IMG/VR virus record: IMGVR_UViG_3300005613_000001
Span: 62,001-126,000 of that record
DNA length: 64,000 nt
Strand: one strand, 5' to 3'
Below the pieces are notes generated by a model. That model was not told the DNA's origin. It saw only the letters and a list, made by a program, of their open reading frames with translations, and searched no databases. Position numbers and translations under genes: made by a program. Below are positions 1 to 10,040 of the stretch, in pieces (positions within the stretch are counted from its first letter, which is position 1; each line of letters begins with the position of its first letter).

Positions 1-161
1 GAAGTAAGTTGAGCCAACCTCAATATCGCTTCTGCCATCAATTCCCGATTAGCCTCTACACCAAAATGATCTAATGTAGAATGTAGAGCATCTAATTGAA
101 ATCTTTGAGTGATGTTATCCCCGGCTTCATCCTGAAGTTGAGTATAAAGAACAGCGGGCAT
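1..161 (-). CDS. hypothetical protein, partial (runs off window)
   Basis: ATG at 161, just after the previous stop; frame open to the window edge (MPAVLYTQLQDEAG...). Confidence 0.55.
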   Translation of the reverse strand, partial: MPAVLYTQLQDEAGDNITQRFQLDALHSTLDHFGVEANRELMAEAILRLAQLT

Positions 162-162
162 C

Positions 163-456
163 TTAATCTCCTGTTTCGGAGAAAACCTGTTCTGTAATGT
201 CTTCCTTTCCAGAAAACTTGAACACACGAATTGTTTTGCCCGTTTCTTTTTCCATGTTCTTAGCATGAGGAATAAGGGATTGCACCCTGTCCCAATCAGC
301 CCCAACAAACGGCATCATTACCTCCCTACCATTGGGGAGGGGCATAGTTTGGGCGATTAAGCCTTCGCCGTTCTCATCTACCGCAACAAACGCATACAGT
401 GCCTCAATCTTCAGATCGGGGCCTTTACCTACAACAGTTGCCATTTCATTCTCCAA
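163..456 (-). CDS. hypothetical protein
   Basis: 97 aa ORF downstream of a sigma70-like promoter. Confidence 0.7.
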   Translation of the reverse strand: MENEMATVVGKGPDLKIEALYAFVAVDENGEGLIAQTMPLPNGREVMMPFVGADWDRVQSLIPHAKNMEKETGKTIRVFKFSGKEDITEQVFSETGD

Positions 457-483
457 TTAGAGGATTTCGCTACCCTATCTTCA

Positions 484-512
484 TTCTAACATGAATTTGG
501 AGAATGGTAAAA
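484..512 (-). promoter_or_regulatory. sigma70-like extended -10 promoter
   Basis: TTTACC...TG-T-TAGAAT on the minus strand; similar TTTACA...TGnTA(A/T)G(A/T)T elements near 6175-6203, 15160-15187, 37110-37138 and 55300-55327. Confidence 0.5.
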
Positions 513-542
513 AGAAACCGCCCCCTCTAAATGAGGGGGCGG
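508..542 (-). terminator. intrinsic terminator
   Basis: ACCGCCCCCTC/GAGGGGGCGGT stem followed by a T-rich run on the minus strand. Confidence 0.75.
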
Positions 543-544
543 TG

Positions 545-690
545 TTGTTGTCTAGGGGTCAGTCTTAATGTGCCCTGTGAAGATAGTGGAAACGGAACCC
601 ATCTGACCCCTTCCCCTACTAGTTCTAAGCTAGTCAAGGGCTCTTATTGGATAACCAATCGGGTGGTTTCTTCCTATCAGGCTTACCCTT
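545..690 (-). ncRNA. candidate structured small RNA
   Basis: about 145 nt with no long ORF, between a TATATA motif (691-696) and a terminator; GGGGTCAG/CTGACCCC stem plus small hairpins. Confidence 0.3.
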
Positions 691-714
691 TATATATGCA
701 ATTACACCCAAATT

Positions 715-1998
715 TTATGCAGCCGCTTCCGCCTCAAATAACTTCTTTTTACCCTTCACGATGCAACTTGTTATAACATGACGCTTGCCTTGGTTTTGCT
801 CAGGCAATTCATACATTATCTCTAACATTAAATCTTCTACAACCGCTCGCAAGGCCCGAGCGCCGGTTTTTCGTTCTTTTGCCAGGACGGCCAGTTCTTT
901 AATGGCATCTTCTGTGAATTCTAAATCACATTTATCCATTTTGAAGAGTTTTTGATATTGTTTTAATAAAGCATTCTTTGGTTCCAACAATACTTTAACA
1001 AGATCATCTACAGCCAATTCATCCAAGGAAACTTGAACGGGCAATCTGCCTATTAATTCAGGGATTAAACCATACTCCTGTAAATCGTCACTCGTAACCT
1101 GACGCAATAGATCATTCTTTTCTTGAGCGTCGTCCATCTCTCCTTTATGAACAAATCCAATTTGTTTTTTACCAACACGACGACCAACAATATCTTCAAT
1201 GCCCGTGAAAGAACCCCCGCAGATGAAAAGGATGTTAGAAGTGTCTAGCTGAATATATTGTTGCTCAGGATGTTTGCGTCCACCTTGGGGCGGTATGTTG
1301 GCAACCGTTCCCTCTAACATTTTCAACAAAGCCTGCTGCACGCCTTCGCCGGAAACATCTCTTGTAATGGATACATTCTGATTTGTCTTGCCGATCTTAT
1401 CAATTTCATCAATATACACGATCCCAACTTGTGCCGCCTCAATATTAAAATCGGCTGCATGAAGGAGTTTAAGCAGCAAGTTCTCTACGTCTTCCCCAAC
1501 GTAGCCCGCCTCCGTTAACGTGGTGGCATCACCTATAGCAAATGGAACATCTAGCATATGAGCTAACGTTTTTGCCAAAAGCGTTTTACCGCAACCCGTG
1601 GGACCAACCAGCAGCACATTTGACTTATCTAGAACGATATCGTCCAACTCGGCACAAGACACCTTCAAATCAAAGAGTCGCTTGTAGTGGTTGATAACAG
1701 ACACGGCAAGGATTCTCTTGGCACGGTCCTGGCCGATTACGTGTTGGTCTAAATACTCTACTATCTGTCGGGGCTTGGGCAGCACAAGAGTCTCGCCATC
1801 AACATTGAAATTTAGGGGAGACCACCCATGCTCATCTACGATTTTGTGGCATCTTTTAACACAGGTAGAGCAGATAAAAACGTACTCTTTCCCGGTTTTT
1901 ACGAGACGATTATCCGCACAACCCGGCCCCTTGAAAAGAGGACCAGCCTGGTGTGTTGGTCGTCCACAAAAGTCGCAATGCTGTCGTCGCTCTGCCAT
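715..1998 (-). CDS. clpX: ATP-dependent Clp protease ATP-binding subunit ClpX
   Basis: N-terminal C4 zinc finger, Walker [17 protein letters not shown] pore loop, IDEIDKI, RKH loop, IGF loop. Confidence 0.97.
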   Translation of the reverse strand: MAERRQHCDFCGRPTHQAGPLFKGPGCADNRLVKTGKEYVFICSTCVKRCHKIVDEHGWSPLNFNVDGETLVLPKPRQIVEYLDQHVIGQDRAKRILAVSVINHYKRLFDLKVSCAELDDIVLDKSNVLLVGPTGCGKTLLAKTLAHMLDVPFAIGDATTLTEAGYVGEDVENLLLKLLHAADFNIEAAQVGIVYIDEIDKIGKTNQNVSITRDVSGEGVQQALLKMLEGTVANIPPQGGRKHPEQQYIQLDTSNILFICGGSFTGIEDIVGRRVGKKQIGFVHKGEMDDAQEKNDLLRQVTSDDLQEYGLIPELIGRLPVQVSLDELAVDDLVKVLLEPKNALLKQYQKLFKMDKCDLEFTEDAIKELAVLAKERKTGARALRAVVEDLMLEIMYELPEQNQGKRHVITSCIVKGKKKLFEAEAAA

Positions 1999-2019
1999 AC
2001 GCTTTCTCCTCCCGCCTCA

Positions 2020-2718
2020 TTATATCAAAGAATTTCCATTCTGAGAAGCCGTATCTTCCGATTCTGGCTTATTTAACATCCATAATTCGCCTTGCGCTGC
2101 TAGCATAACCAGCACCATAATGAGTGGAATCCAAAAACTCATATTTAAAACAAAAAATGTACCTACAACGAGGCATGTCATTTGGCTCACTCTAACCGCC
2201 ACTAATGTACCAACGCGGTGATTCATCAACATAGAACAAATTGCTCTGAAGATTCTGCCCCCATCAAGCGGAAATGCGGGCAAGCTATTAAATACAAGAA
2301 GAACTACCTGGACCACTATAAAAAACGCCAAAGCTTCAGGGGGAGTAATGCTGAAGTGCGTCAGCCAACCCCAAACGATAAACGCCAAAATGCCCAAAAC
2401 AACGTTTACCGCTGGCCCTGCTAAGGTGACCAATAGTTCCTCTTTAGGTGTAACTTCCGCTAAATCAATCTGAGCCATACCGCCAATGGGCATCAAGAAG
2501 ATTTGCTTAACCTCCAAATTATATTTTTTTGCCATCAAACAATGCCCATATTCGTGCAATACAACAGAGGCAAAAACCATCAAATATATGGGCGCAAAAG
2601 TAGGGTTGAATAGAAGTATGAAAAGGGCAAAGATAGTAAAGGTCCAATGCATGATCAATGGCACTCCAAACCATCGACCAAGTTGGAATGTTAATTTGTC
2701 CATATTATTCGCTCGCAC
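2020..2718 (-). CDS. site-2 protease family (M50) membrane metalloprotease
   Basis: HEYGH, AGPAVN and NSLPAFPLDGGR motifs; several TM segments. Confidence 0.92.
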   Translation of the reverse strand: MRANNMDKLTFQLGRWFGVPLIMHWTFTIFALFILLFNPTFAPIYLMVFASVVLHEYGHCLMAKKYNLEVKQIFLMPIGGMAQIDLAEVTPKEELLVTLAGPAVNVVLGILAFIVWGWLTHFSITPPEALAFFIVVQVVLLVFNSLPAFPLDGGRIFRAICSMLMNHRVGTLVAVRVSQMTCLVVGTFFVLNMSFWIPLIMVLVMLAAQGELWMLNKPESEDTASQNGNSLI

Positions 2719-3052
2719 ACAAGTTGGTAGACGTAGCTCTGTTTAACCGCCGTTGATAATGTATCAAAGCTAACGCCTTGGCTTCAGTATAAGTCACCAA
2801 ATCATCTTCATTCCACACAGAATTAAATGTATCCCAATAAATGGGATGTACAAGACCATGTGGAGAATTATGTTTTACAGTTTTTAATTTCTTAATAACT
2901 ACTTTTTCAAATTTGCCTTCTCCAAGCGCCTTTTGTCGTGAATACAGTATATCACCCGGTTGATAATCAACGGTAAAATTATAACTATTATCTACTATAC
3001 TGCATCCTCCTGATTCAGCACCCCCCGCAGGAGTTTCAATATATTCCGCCAT
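2705..3052 (-). CDS. hypothetical protein
   Basis: 115 aa ORF with GGAGG SD, operonic. Confidence 0.7.
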   Translation of the reverse strand: MAEYIETPAGGAESGGCSIVDNSYNFTVDYQPGDILYSRQKALGEGKFEKVVIKKLKTVKHNSPHGLVHPIYWDTFNSVWNEDDLVTYTEAKALALIHYQRRLNRATSTNLCASE

Positions 3053-3325
3053 TTAACCTCCAAGCGCCTCTATTTTTTCTTCTATACAAGCGATTTCTTC
3101 TGCCATATTTGCTTTTTTATCAACTCTCATTTCGGAAGCAGAATATAAATATTTCTCTTCCACCAGATCATCTAAGCCTATATCGTAGTAATTCTTTCCA
3201 AACATATGCATGAAAGATTCTACGATATGATTTTCATATGTGGGAGTATGTTTGCAGCATCCTCCGTGTTCTTCAGCGACATAAACTGTTTCGCCAACTG
3301 TGTATTTAAATTGTATTGAAGGCAT
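3053..3325 (-). CDS. hypothetical protein (putative late gene)
   Basis: preceded by CTATATAGAGT-ATG. Confidence 0.7.
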   Translation of the reverse strand: MPSIQFKYTVGETVYVAEEHGGCCKHTPTYENHIVESFMHMFGKNYYDIGLDDLVEEKYLYSASEMRVDKKANMAEEIACIEEKIEALGG

Positions 3326-3406
3326 ACTCTATATAGTGGACTTTAAAGTAACCTTCTGTAGCGTTAATCGCCATTTTGTTTCACACCATTGGCGATTACA
3401 ACCACA

Positions 3407-3826
3407 TTAATTCTGACTCCGAAAAGTAAAAGTAGGAGTGATTTTAAGAACATCTGTGTCTGTCATTACTCTCGCAGCAGCAAACCGTTCTGTCCAAAGG
3501 ACTTTCAGTGATGTTACACCTAAAACATAATAACCATAAACAGTATTGCCCGTTGATCCACATGTCCAACTTAATTCCGAGGCGTATTGTGTTTCTGCTT
3601 CATTACTAACATTTAAAGAGGCGGCACCAAAATTTGCTCTAGTTAATGTTTTTGAAACATAATTTGTAAAATCTGCTTCGCTGAAATCGGCAGATGTAGT
3701 GTTTCCTTCCGGGGTATAATCATTTTGAAATAATTTTAAAACATAATTTTCATCCGTATCTAACGCATCTTTTAGCATTTTATCTAAAAGTTCAAGCTCG
3801 CCTTCATTTGGAACTATAATCGACAT
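3407..3826 (-). CDS. putative virion structural protein
   Basis: T/S-rich beta-type sequence (LKLFQNDYTP...EADFTNY...YGYYV...ERF) resembling phage tail/baseplate-associated proteins. Confidence 0.55.
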   Translation of the reverse strand: MSIIVPNEGELELLDKMLKDALDTDENYVLKLFQNDYTPEGNTTSADFSEADFTNYVSKTLTRANFGAASLNVSNEAETQYASELSWTCGSTGNTVYGYYVLGVTSLKVLWTERFAAARVMTDTDVLKITPTFTFRSQN

Positions 3827-3891
3827 GGAATCTCCCTTTTGTTTACTACTATCTATGCATAAATAGAGTAGTAAACAACAAGGAGGGTTCC

Positions 3892-4860
3892 ATGAACAGG
3901 AAGATTCTTTTACTTGCTATCGCAATTCTATTCGGATTTATTATTCTTTCCAGTGAGACTCCTCAAAAAGAGGAACAAATCTCATCTCCAATTGCAATTA
4001 TAGTTCCGCCGCAAAAGGTAGCACAACCACCCAAAATCAGCATTTCAACCCCGCCTCATTTAAATTATGAGGATACCATTAGGCAAATGCGGTCATGGGA
4101 AAGCGAAGCTGAGGATTTTGTTGATGTTGTTCATTACGGAGACTCTACAAACGGTTTAGGTTTATACTGTGTCAGAATCACAAATGAATACAAAAAGGCT
4201 AAACACAAAGTTTTAATCACAGGAGCAATTCATGGGGATGAATCCTGGTCAAGCGGATTAATGATGGCTTATGCTGGAAATCTCTTGGGCTCCTATGGGA
4301 AAAATGAACGAGTTACTAAATTTCTAGATAACAATGAAATTTTTGTAGTCCCTATTGTTTCTCCTGACAGTTACCCTAATTCACGACATGTTGATGGCGT
4401 TGATCCTAATAGGGATTATCCTCCACGGGACAACCCAAATAAAAAATCAATTCCCCCGGTTGAATGTCTCAAAAACCTATTCCTTGAACACAAGTTTGAT
4501 GCCGTAATTGCAGGGCATTGCGCAGGTCGTATTTTCTTATATCCTTGGGGCGATAAGTATGAGCGTTGCCCCGACGACGATCTTTTCCAGAAAATATGTA
4601 AAAAATGGGGCGAGTCCTCTGGGTACAGAGTTGGAAGACTCTGCAATAATTACTCCTATTTAATTCACGGTGTAGATGCAGATTGGTATTACCGCAATGG
4701 GGCATTTGCTTTTGTAATGGAAATTGGCAGGCATCAGCGACCACCTTCCATGAATGAAATTAAAAGCGAATTTGATCGAACTTGGGAAGGGTTTTTATAC
4801 TTCTTAGAAGAAGCCCCAACAGCTTTAAAGCGTCCAACTTATCTCCCACTGGGCGCATAA
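3892..4860 (+). CDS. M14 family zinc carboxypeptidase with signal/TM anchor
   Basis: IHGDE, VDPNRDY, AGH and C-terminal MEIG motifs; hydrophobic N-terminus. Confidence 0.88.
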   Translation: MNRKILLLAIAILFGFIILSSETPQKEEQISSPIAIIVPPQKVAQPPKISISTPPHLNYEDTIRQMRSWESEAEDFVDVVHYGDSTNGLGLYCVRITNEYKKAKHKVLITGAIHGDESWSSGLMMAYAGNLLGSYGKNERVTKFLDNNEIFVVPIVSPDSYPNSRHVDGVDPNRDYPPRDNPNKKSIPPVECLKNLFLEHKFDAVIAGHCAGRIFLYPWGDKYERCPDDDLFQKICKKWGESSGYRVGRLCNNYSYLIHGVDADWYYRNGAFAFVMEIGRHQRPPSMNEIKSEFDRTWEGFLYFLEEAPTALKRPTYLPLGA

Positions 4861-4865
4861 AAAAT

Positions 4866-4895
4866 AGCCCTATCCGTTTTAACCCGGATAGGGCT
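4866..4895. terminator. terminator hairpin between convergent genes
   Basis: AGCCCTATCCG/CGGATAGGGCT stem. Confidence 0.75.
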
Positions 4896-5191
4896 TAAAT
4901 TAATCCCCAGACTTCCGAAAGCAATTGTCCCTTGTATAACCCAGGCTCGTTACGATCTAGAGCCTGCCCCATGCAAACAAGTGACGATTCATCGGGCAGC
5001 AAAGGCTCAGAAGTAACAGGATGATTCCTTGGGAATATTGCTAAATTGAATTCTTTCCCGCACAACTCACATCTGAAATTGCGGGAGCAACCGCCCCAAG
5101 GCCCGCCTCGTAATTCTCCTAACTCACAGGCAGGACAACAGCCTTTACTTTGATTGATGTAGTCTATTGCAGAAGGCGAAAGATTATCCAT
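4895..5191 (-). CDS. zinc-ribbon hypothetical protein
   Basis: CPAC...CELC. Confidence 0.65.
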   Translation of the reverse strand: MDNLSPSAIDYINQSKGCCPACELGELRGGPWGGCSRNFRCELCGKEFNLAIFPRNHPVTSEPLLPDESSLVCMGQALDRNEPGLYKGQLLSEVWGLI

Positions 5192-5486
5192 AATCTACTT
5201 TTTCCATGCCTTTTGTTACTTTTCTAGCAAATGGGTCACCACTAGCATTTAATGAACCCACCAGACCAACTAGAAGCGCCCGTGCTTGTTGTCTATTAAA
5301 AGCATGATCCGTAATTGTCCCTTGAGGACCGCTTTCTAATGAAACAACAACACAGTTTCTTCCTTGTTCTACATCTTCAATCGTACTAAGCGGTTCGGCT
5401 TCAACAAAAACCCTACCGCCTCTCGTTTCCGCCCTCCCTGGCTCCACACTGACAACTTTTGTTGCGAATGCTTTGAATTTCATCAT
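5184..5486 (-). CDS. hypothetical protein
   Basis: operonic 100 aa ORF. Confidence 0.65.
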   Translation of the reverse strand: MMKFKAFATKVVSVEPGRAETRGGRVFVEAEPLSTIEDVEQGRNCVVVSLESGPQGTITDHAFNRQQARALLVGLVGSLNASGDPFARKVTKGMEKVDYG

Positions 5487-5505
5487 CTACTCGCTGTCAA
5501 AGTGA

Positions 5506-6069
5506 TTAACGACGAACATGAACACTAACTCCACCATAATGAAGCCTACCATTAGGATAGCGACCATTAGCGTGATAGCGACCACGATAGCCACCATAAC
5601 GATAGCCATAGCCACCACCCCAGAACATCCGATTTGCCATCGCTTGTGCCATCACGGTTCCACGACGCATTACTTCAGCTTCTAACTTCTTTTGTGCAAT
5701 TTTCGCATCATACTCCCGTTTTAAATGGTCACGATATGCCGTCAAACGATCCCTATTGAGAACCGCCTGATTGTAAAGCATTTGCTGTTGGTATTGTGCC
5801 AACTGCTGTTGGGAAGCTTGAGCCTGGGCCAACTGCTGTTGATATATCCTATGGATAACTCTAATCTGGCTGGGTGATTGACTCTCAAAGTGTTTTCTCG
5901 CTTGCTCCATCTTCTGTGGTCCGTGAGCAACATAGATGAAAGCAAGCATTTCCTCCATCATGTCCTGCTCAGTACCCGCAAAGGCTGGACCAGGAGCGGG
6001 GGCTGGGGGCTGTCCGAATGTTACATCTGAACCTAGTACAACCCAACAAACTAAAATCAAACTCTTCAT
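5506..6069 (-). CDS. secreted Q-rich protein with G/Y/R-rich tail
   Basis: signal peptide-like N-terminus, coiled coil, GGYGYRYGGY tail. Confidence 0.7.
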   Translation of the reverse strand: MKSLILVCWVVLGSDVTFGQPPAPAPGPAFAGTEQDMMEEMLAFIYVAHGPQKMEQARKHFESQSPSQIRVIHRIYQQQLAQAQASQQQLAQYQQQMLYNQAVLNRDRLTAYRDHLKREYDAKIAQKKLEAEVMRRGTVMAQAMANRMFWGGGYGYRYGGYRGRYHANGRYPNGRLHYGGVSVHVRR

Positions 6070-6209
6070 TTTCTACCTTTCTACAAAAAGGGTGTATTTC
6101 CAACTTGTGAGGTACAATTTGGGTTTCAACACCCCTCTAGATAGGTAGTCTTTCAACTAACCTCTCCATTTACCATCTTAACACAAATTTCTGTTATGTA
6201 AAGCAAAAG

Positions 6210-6245
6210 AAAAACCCGCATCCCTCGAATGAGGGATGCGGGTTT
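6210..6245 (-). terminator. intrinsic terminator
   Basis: AAACCCGCATCCCTC/GAGGGATGCGGGTTT. Confidence 0.8.
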
Positions 6246-6270
6246 GATTAACGTGGGCTAAATGGGACAC

Positions 6271-6885
6271 TTAGGCGGCAGCTTCCTCTTTTGCTGCTTC
6301 AGCGACATGATATTTCTTGTCGTCGCCCCGAGTGATTACACCCTTCTTCGTAAGGGTATTCAGATTTGTCCGAATGTTCTGGACATACCCCTTTTCATCG
6401 GATGTAGATTGATAGCCCGCTGCGTGGCATTTTTCCACAATAGCTTGAAGTTCAAGCCCCTTCGTGGAACGACCAAGGATTTTGAGAATCAAAGCACCCA
6501 AACTGGTCTTGTTTCGGTGTCTTTTGGTGGCAGTAGTTTCTTTCCCATTGCCATCCTTGGGCTTGTTTTTACTGCCTTTTGGACGACCGCGACCGCGTTT
6601 CCCCGCAGTCGTAGGAGTTGTTTTCTTAGCAGCACCATTTGTGGCTTTTGGTCGGCCCCGCTTAGGTTTCGGGGCGGCTGCGTGGGTTTTTTGAGCGGTT
6701 TCGATTTCATTATCCAGAACCGATAATGACTCCAAAATGGCCGCTCTACGCCCAAATAAACTCTCCAACTCCCTGGCCTGCTCCACTGACTGTGCAATGT
6801 TACTCATGGTAACCCACTCATTATTTTCTCCCCCTTGAACTAAGCGGCAAAACAAGGGGGGATGAGACTTGTTTCCGCTTGCCAA
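6271..6885 (-). CDS. AT-hook DNA-binding protein with probable C-terminal winged helix (start may be 6807)
   Basis: KPKRGRPK and KRGRGRPKG motifs, N-terminal coiled coil, basic composition. Confidence 0.7.
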   Translation of the reverse strand: MASGNKSHPPLFCRLVQGGENNEWVTMSNIAQSVEQARELESLFGRRAAILESLSVLDNEIETAQKTHAAAPKPKRGRPKATNGAAKKTTPTTAGKRGRGRPKGSKNKPKDGNGKETTATKRHRNKTSLGALILKILGRSTKGLELQAIVEKCHAAGYQSTSDEKGYVQNIRTNLNTLTKKGVITRGDDKKYHVAEAAKEEAAA

Positions 6886-7118
6886 ATTCCATTTACTGTT
6901 GTTCCTCTATTCAATTATACGGTGGAAGTTCGTGATTGTATAGTCACAAAATTTCGATTTTCTCATGGTGAGAATAGGAATATCAATCCAGAAACCCCCC
7001 TGTTGGTACAATTCCTGAATTTTTACCCCCCATTTTAAGGATGTGTGCATACATATTTCTTATGGAAAAATAATACCCAGGCACTCTTTTATAGAGAACC
7101 TGAAAGAAGGGAATTAAA

Positions 7119-7310
7119 ATGCTCGTATTATCACGAAAGAAAGACGAAACAATCGTATTGAAGCAAGAAGATCGCCCGGACATTACCATCACAGTCGTCA
7201 GGATTGACAACTTAAACAAGGTCCGATTAGGCATTGAGGCTGAGAAGGAAGTTACTGTCCTACGGTCAGAATTGATTGAACGTCAAGAAGCAAAGACCTC
7301 CGCAGCCTAA
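7119..7310 (+). CDS. csrA: carbon storage regulator CsrA (divergent copy)
   Basis: MLVLSRKKDETIV...KVRLGIEA.KEV.V.R.E. Confidence 0.9.
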   Translation: MLVLSRKKDETIVLKQEDRPDITITVVRIDNLNKVRLGIEAEKEVTVLRSELIERQEAKTSAA

Positions 7311-7344
7311 GCTAAATAACGATTTTTGCCAAATTGAATTGGAA

Positions 7345-8316
7345 TTATTTCAGCAGATCGCTGATAGACTCGCCTTCATGAATTCGCCGGATAGCCTTGG
7401 CGAACATTTTGGCTGTTGAAAGGATCGTCGTGCGCTGCACCAATCGTTCTTCAAGACCACTCCAATTGCCAATCGTGTCTGTCACTACTACGTGATCTAT
7501 CTGTCCTAAATTTTCATTAACCCCTCCCACAAAAAGCCCGTGGGTAGCACAAGCACCCCACAAATGCCCTCCGTGAGCCTCTACTGCGGCCTGTGATTCT
7601 CTAAAGGTGGAACCCCCAGAAATCATGTCATCAATGCCGATTACTTCCTTGCCCTTAATGTCACCTATGATGTTCGTACCTGAAATATTCCTTCCTTTAT
7701 GGGTTTTGTCAAGGTATGCCAACTCAATTTGTTGTTTTGTACGGCGAACTAACGCATTTCTAAATCTTTCTGCACGACCCATTCCCCCGCTATCAGGGGA
7801 TAAAACTGCTAAATTCTCAAGTCCAAGACTACAAATGTAATCAGCATGGAGATTTTTCGCACTTAACTCATCAGCTACACAGGTGCGAAATGCATTCTGA
7901 TAAGCCGATAAGTTGTGTACGTCCATCGTCATAACGCGGTTCGAACCTACCGCCTCTAATAATTGAGCCACGTATTTAGTAGTGATTGGTTCCCTGGATT
8001 CCGTCTTACGATCCTGCCTTGAATACCCCATGTAGGGGATTACCACTGTAATGCGACGGGCAGAAGCATCGTAAAGAGAGCCAATAAAGAAGAGAAGTTT
8101 GGTGAATTTCTGGCAGACAGTTTCGTTTTCGTCACTGTAGAGCGACTGAATCACATAGACATCTTTCCCCCGAATATTTACTTCCGACCGAAGATACGGC
8201 TCTTTGTCGTCAAAATAACACTCCTTGTGGGGGGAGAGTGGTATATCTAATAAATCAGCCACCTTCAACGCAAACGGTTTGGTGGCATTGAGCCCGAATA
8301 GCTTGAGATTGTTCAT
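7345..8316 (-). CDS. prs: ribose-phosphate pyrophosphokinase family
   Basis: IPYMGYSRQDRK, MDVH, SPDSGG, DDMISGGST, ATHGLF. Confidence 0.93.
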   Translation of the reverse strand: MNNLKLFGLNATKPFALKVADLLDIPLSPHKECYFDDKEPYLRSEVNIRGKDVYVIQSLYSDENETVCQKFTKLLFFIGSLYDASARRITVVIPYMGYSRQDRKTESREPITTKYVAQLLEAVGSNRVMTMDVHNLSAYQNAFRTCVADELSAKNLHADYICSLGLENLAVLSPDSGGMGRAERFRNALVRRTKQQIELAYLDKTHKGRNISGTNIIGDIKGKEVIGIDDMISGGSTFRESQAAVEAHGGHLWGACATHGLFVGGVNENLGQIDHVVVTDTIGNWSGLEERLVQRTTILSTAKMFAKAIRRIHEGESISDLLK

Positions 8317-8917
8317 GTTTTACCCGTCTGAAACCTCTGACCTTTGGATGGTATTTAGCGTACAGCCGCACATTCTGAATAGCAGCTTTATCCCAAATAC
8401 AACCAGAGGCGCAATCCCAGCCGTAGTACCACAAGCCCCCATTCAGTCTTTTAGACCACAAATAGGGGGCGATTTCAAGACCAGCATACTTGCTGGCGAG
8501 CTTAGGCCAATCCAAATAATTGGGGGGTAACTCTACCCCATATGAGGTTTGACCCTGATATTGGAGAGAGAATTCATCATAAATACCATATTCGGCAACT
8601 AGGGCATCAAATTCCGCCTCATTTGTCACCTTTATAATTAAATCCTCATTAATTGTCAACTCATGAACATAAGTTGAATCAAGGTTGAAATCTTCGGCTA
8701 GACACCATTCAAGCCAAGAGTCTCCCACAGAGTACCAGAGCCCCGCTGGTTTCATTTCGGGATATTTGGTGGCACGCTGTTGACTACTACGAGGTTTAAC
8801 AACTTCATGGTGATTACTAATTATCCGGCGAGACGGGGGGATCGTCTTGAGAAACCGAATCAACGCCCTCTTGTACTCGTCGTGGTTGAGTTCCTGGGTT
8901 TTCTGGCGGCGTGGCAT
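8255..8917 (-). CDS. conserved viral hypothetical protein
   Basis: Trp-rich KPAGLWYS...WYYGWDCASGCIW pattern recalled from large-virus hypothetical proteins. Confidence 0.65.
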   Translation of the reverse strand: MPRRQKTQELNHDEYKRALIRFLKTIPPSRRIISNHHEVVKPRSSQQRATKYPEMKPAGLWYSVGDSWLEWCLAEDFNLDSTYVHELTINEDLIIKVTNEAEFDALVAEYGIYDEFSLQYQGQTSYGVELPPNYLDWPKLASKYAGLEIAPYLWSKRLNGGLWYYGWDCASGCIWDKAAIQNVRLYAKYHPKVRGFRRVKHEQSQAIRAQCHQTVCVEGG

Positions 8918-8920
8918 AAG

Positions 8921-9364
8921 CTAATTCCAACTTGGCTCCCATTGCTTGCCCCAAGGATCAGATTCATCTTCTAAATCTACCTCTACACTATCATCTACAT
9001 AACCAGTTTGATCCAAAAAATTAATGAACTGTTGGTAGTCCTCTCCCTGCCCAGTTTGGAGATAATATTTTTTACATTGACTTAAAACTTTAAAACCATG
9101 ATCGAGCGTTTCTTGAAGCAAATTAATTAATTCTTTCTTTTTCTCCGGTGACGGATTTTTTTCTTCTATTTCTCTCCTGAGATCCATAACAACACGGCCC
9201 GTTTTGGATATTTCATCTAAATATTTTCTTTCGGGCGCATCAAGAGGCACAGTCCTCTCTACCACTTTTTCAGCTTGGGCAATAGCTTCCTCAATCTGAT
9301 CTAACGAAAGCCCATTCAAATCACCTGGGCCTTTTATGTCCCACCAATTCATTGTTCCCACCAT
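8921..9364 (-). CDS. hypothetical protein
   Basis: operonic ORF. Confidence 0.65.
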   Translation of the reverse strand: MVGTMNWWDIKGPGDLNGLSLDQIEEAIAQAEKVVERTVPLDAPERKYLDEISKTGRVVMDLRREIEEKNPSPEKKKELINLLQETLDHGFKVLSQCKKYYLQTGQGEDYQQFINFLDQTGYVDDSVEVDLEDESDPWGKQWEPSWN

Positions 9365-9669
9365 TCAAATTGGACATGAGGCATTGCTTCAGTCATAATC
9401 TGTCTAAAATCTTCAAGCGTTGCTCCATTAATGCCCCTTTCAGCATAAGGAGCAAATTCCTCAGCAGGCACCAATTCTCCTAAATGTGGGCGCATCAACT
9501 CAGGATCGCCTTTTCCTTTAACTGACGAAAGACATAGCACGAAATCTTTCGGCTCAATCCAATAAAAAACATAATGAAGTTGGTCACCCTTTGAAAGAGG
9601 GTGTTCATCAAACCCAAATCCAACAAGGCGACCTTCACCTTTTAAATCAGCCCTACTAATATTCTTCAT
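9349..9669 (-). CDS. hypothetical protein
   Basis: operonic ORF, ATGA overlap. Confidence 0.7.
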   Translation of the reverse strand: MKNISRADLKGEGRLVGFGFDEHPLSKGDQLHYVFYWIEPKDFVLCLSSVKGKGDPELMRPHLGELVPAEEFAPYAERGINGATLEDFRQIMTEAMPHVQFEWWEQ

Positions 9670-10040
9670 TTTGTCATGGCCTTCCTTTTTTGCCTGGCAA
9701 CAGTAGCACAGATGCCAAGAATCTTAGAGTCATTCGGATCATCGAAATCAAAATTAACACGATCTCTTAATTCATTAAGATCTTCTGCATCTTGGAAGAC
9801 GATCCCACCATCAATGGTAAGTTGAAAAGTATCGCCTTCAATAACCAGTGAAACAATGAATTCATTGAATAATGATCCTTCTGATACCTCAAAACCCCAC
9901 TCATCAACACTGTATTGTTCAGGCAAGCCATACACAGTGTAATAATTGTCAATCTGGTTTTGTAGCCATGCAAGAAAATCATAAATTGCATCATCTGTCA
10001 TTCTTTTCTCCTTAATCTTCGGCTTTACTGCCATCTCCAC
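9666..10040 (-). CDS. hypothetical protein (start probably about 10001)
   Basis: AAGGAG SD before MTDDAIY. Confidence 0.65.
   Translation of the reverse strand: MEMAVKPKIKEKRMTDDAIYDFLAWLQNQIDNYYTVYGLPEQYSVDEWGFEVSEGSLFNEFIVSLVIEGDTFQLTIDGGIVFQDAEDLNELRDRVNFDFDDPNDSKILGICATVARQKRKAMTK

Noticed and set aside
660-685. Hammerhead ribozyme (CTGATAG...GAAAC)
   Set aside because: Core does not match CUGANGA and the flanking stems are not evident.
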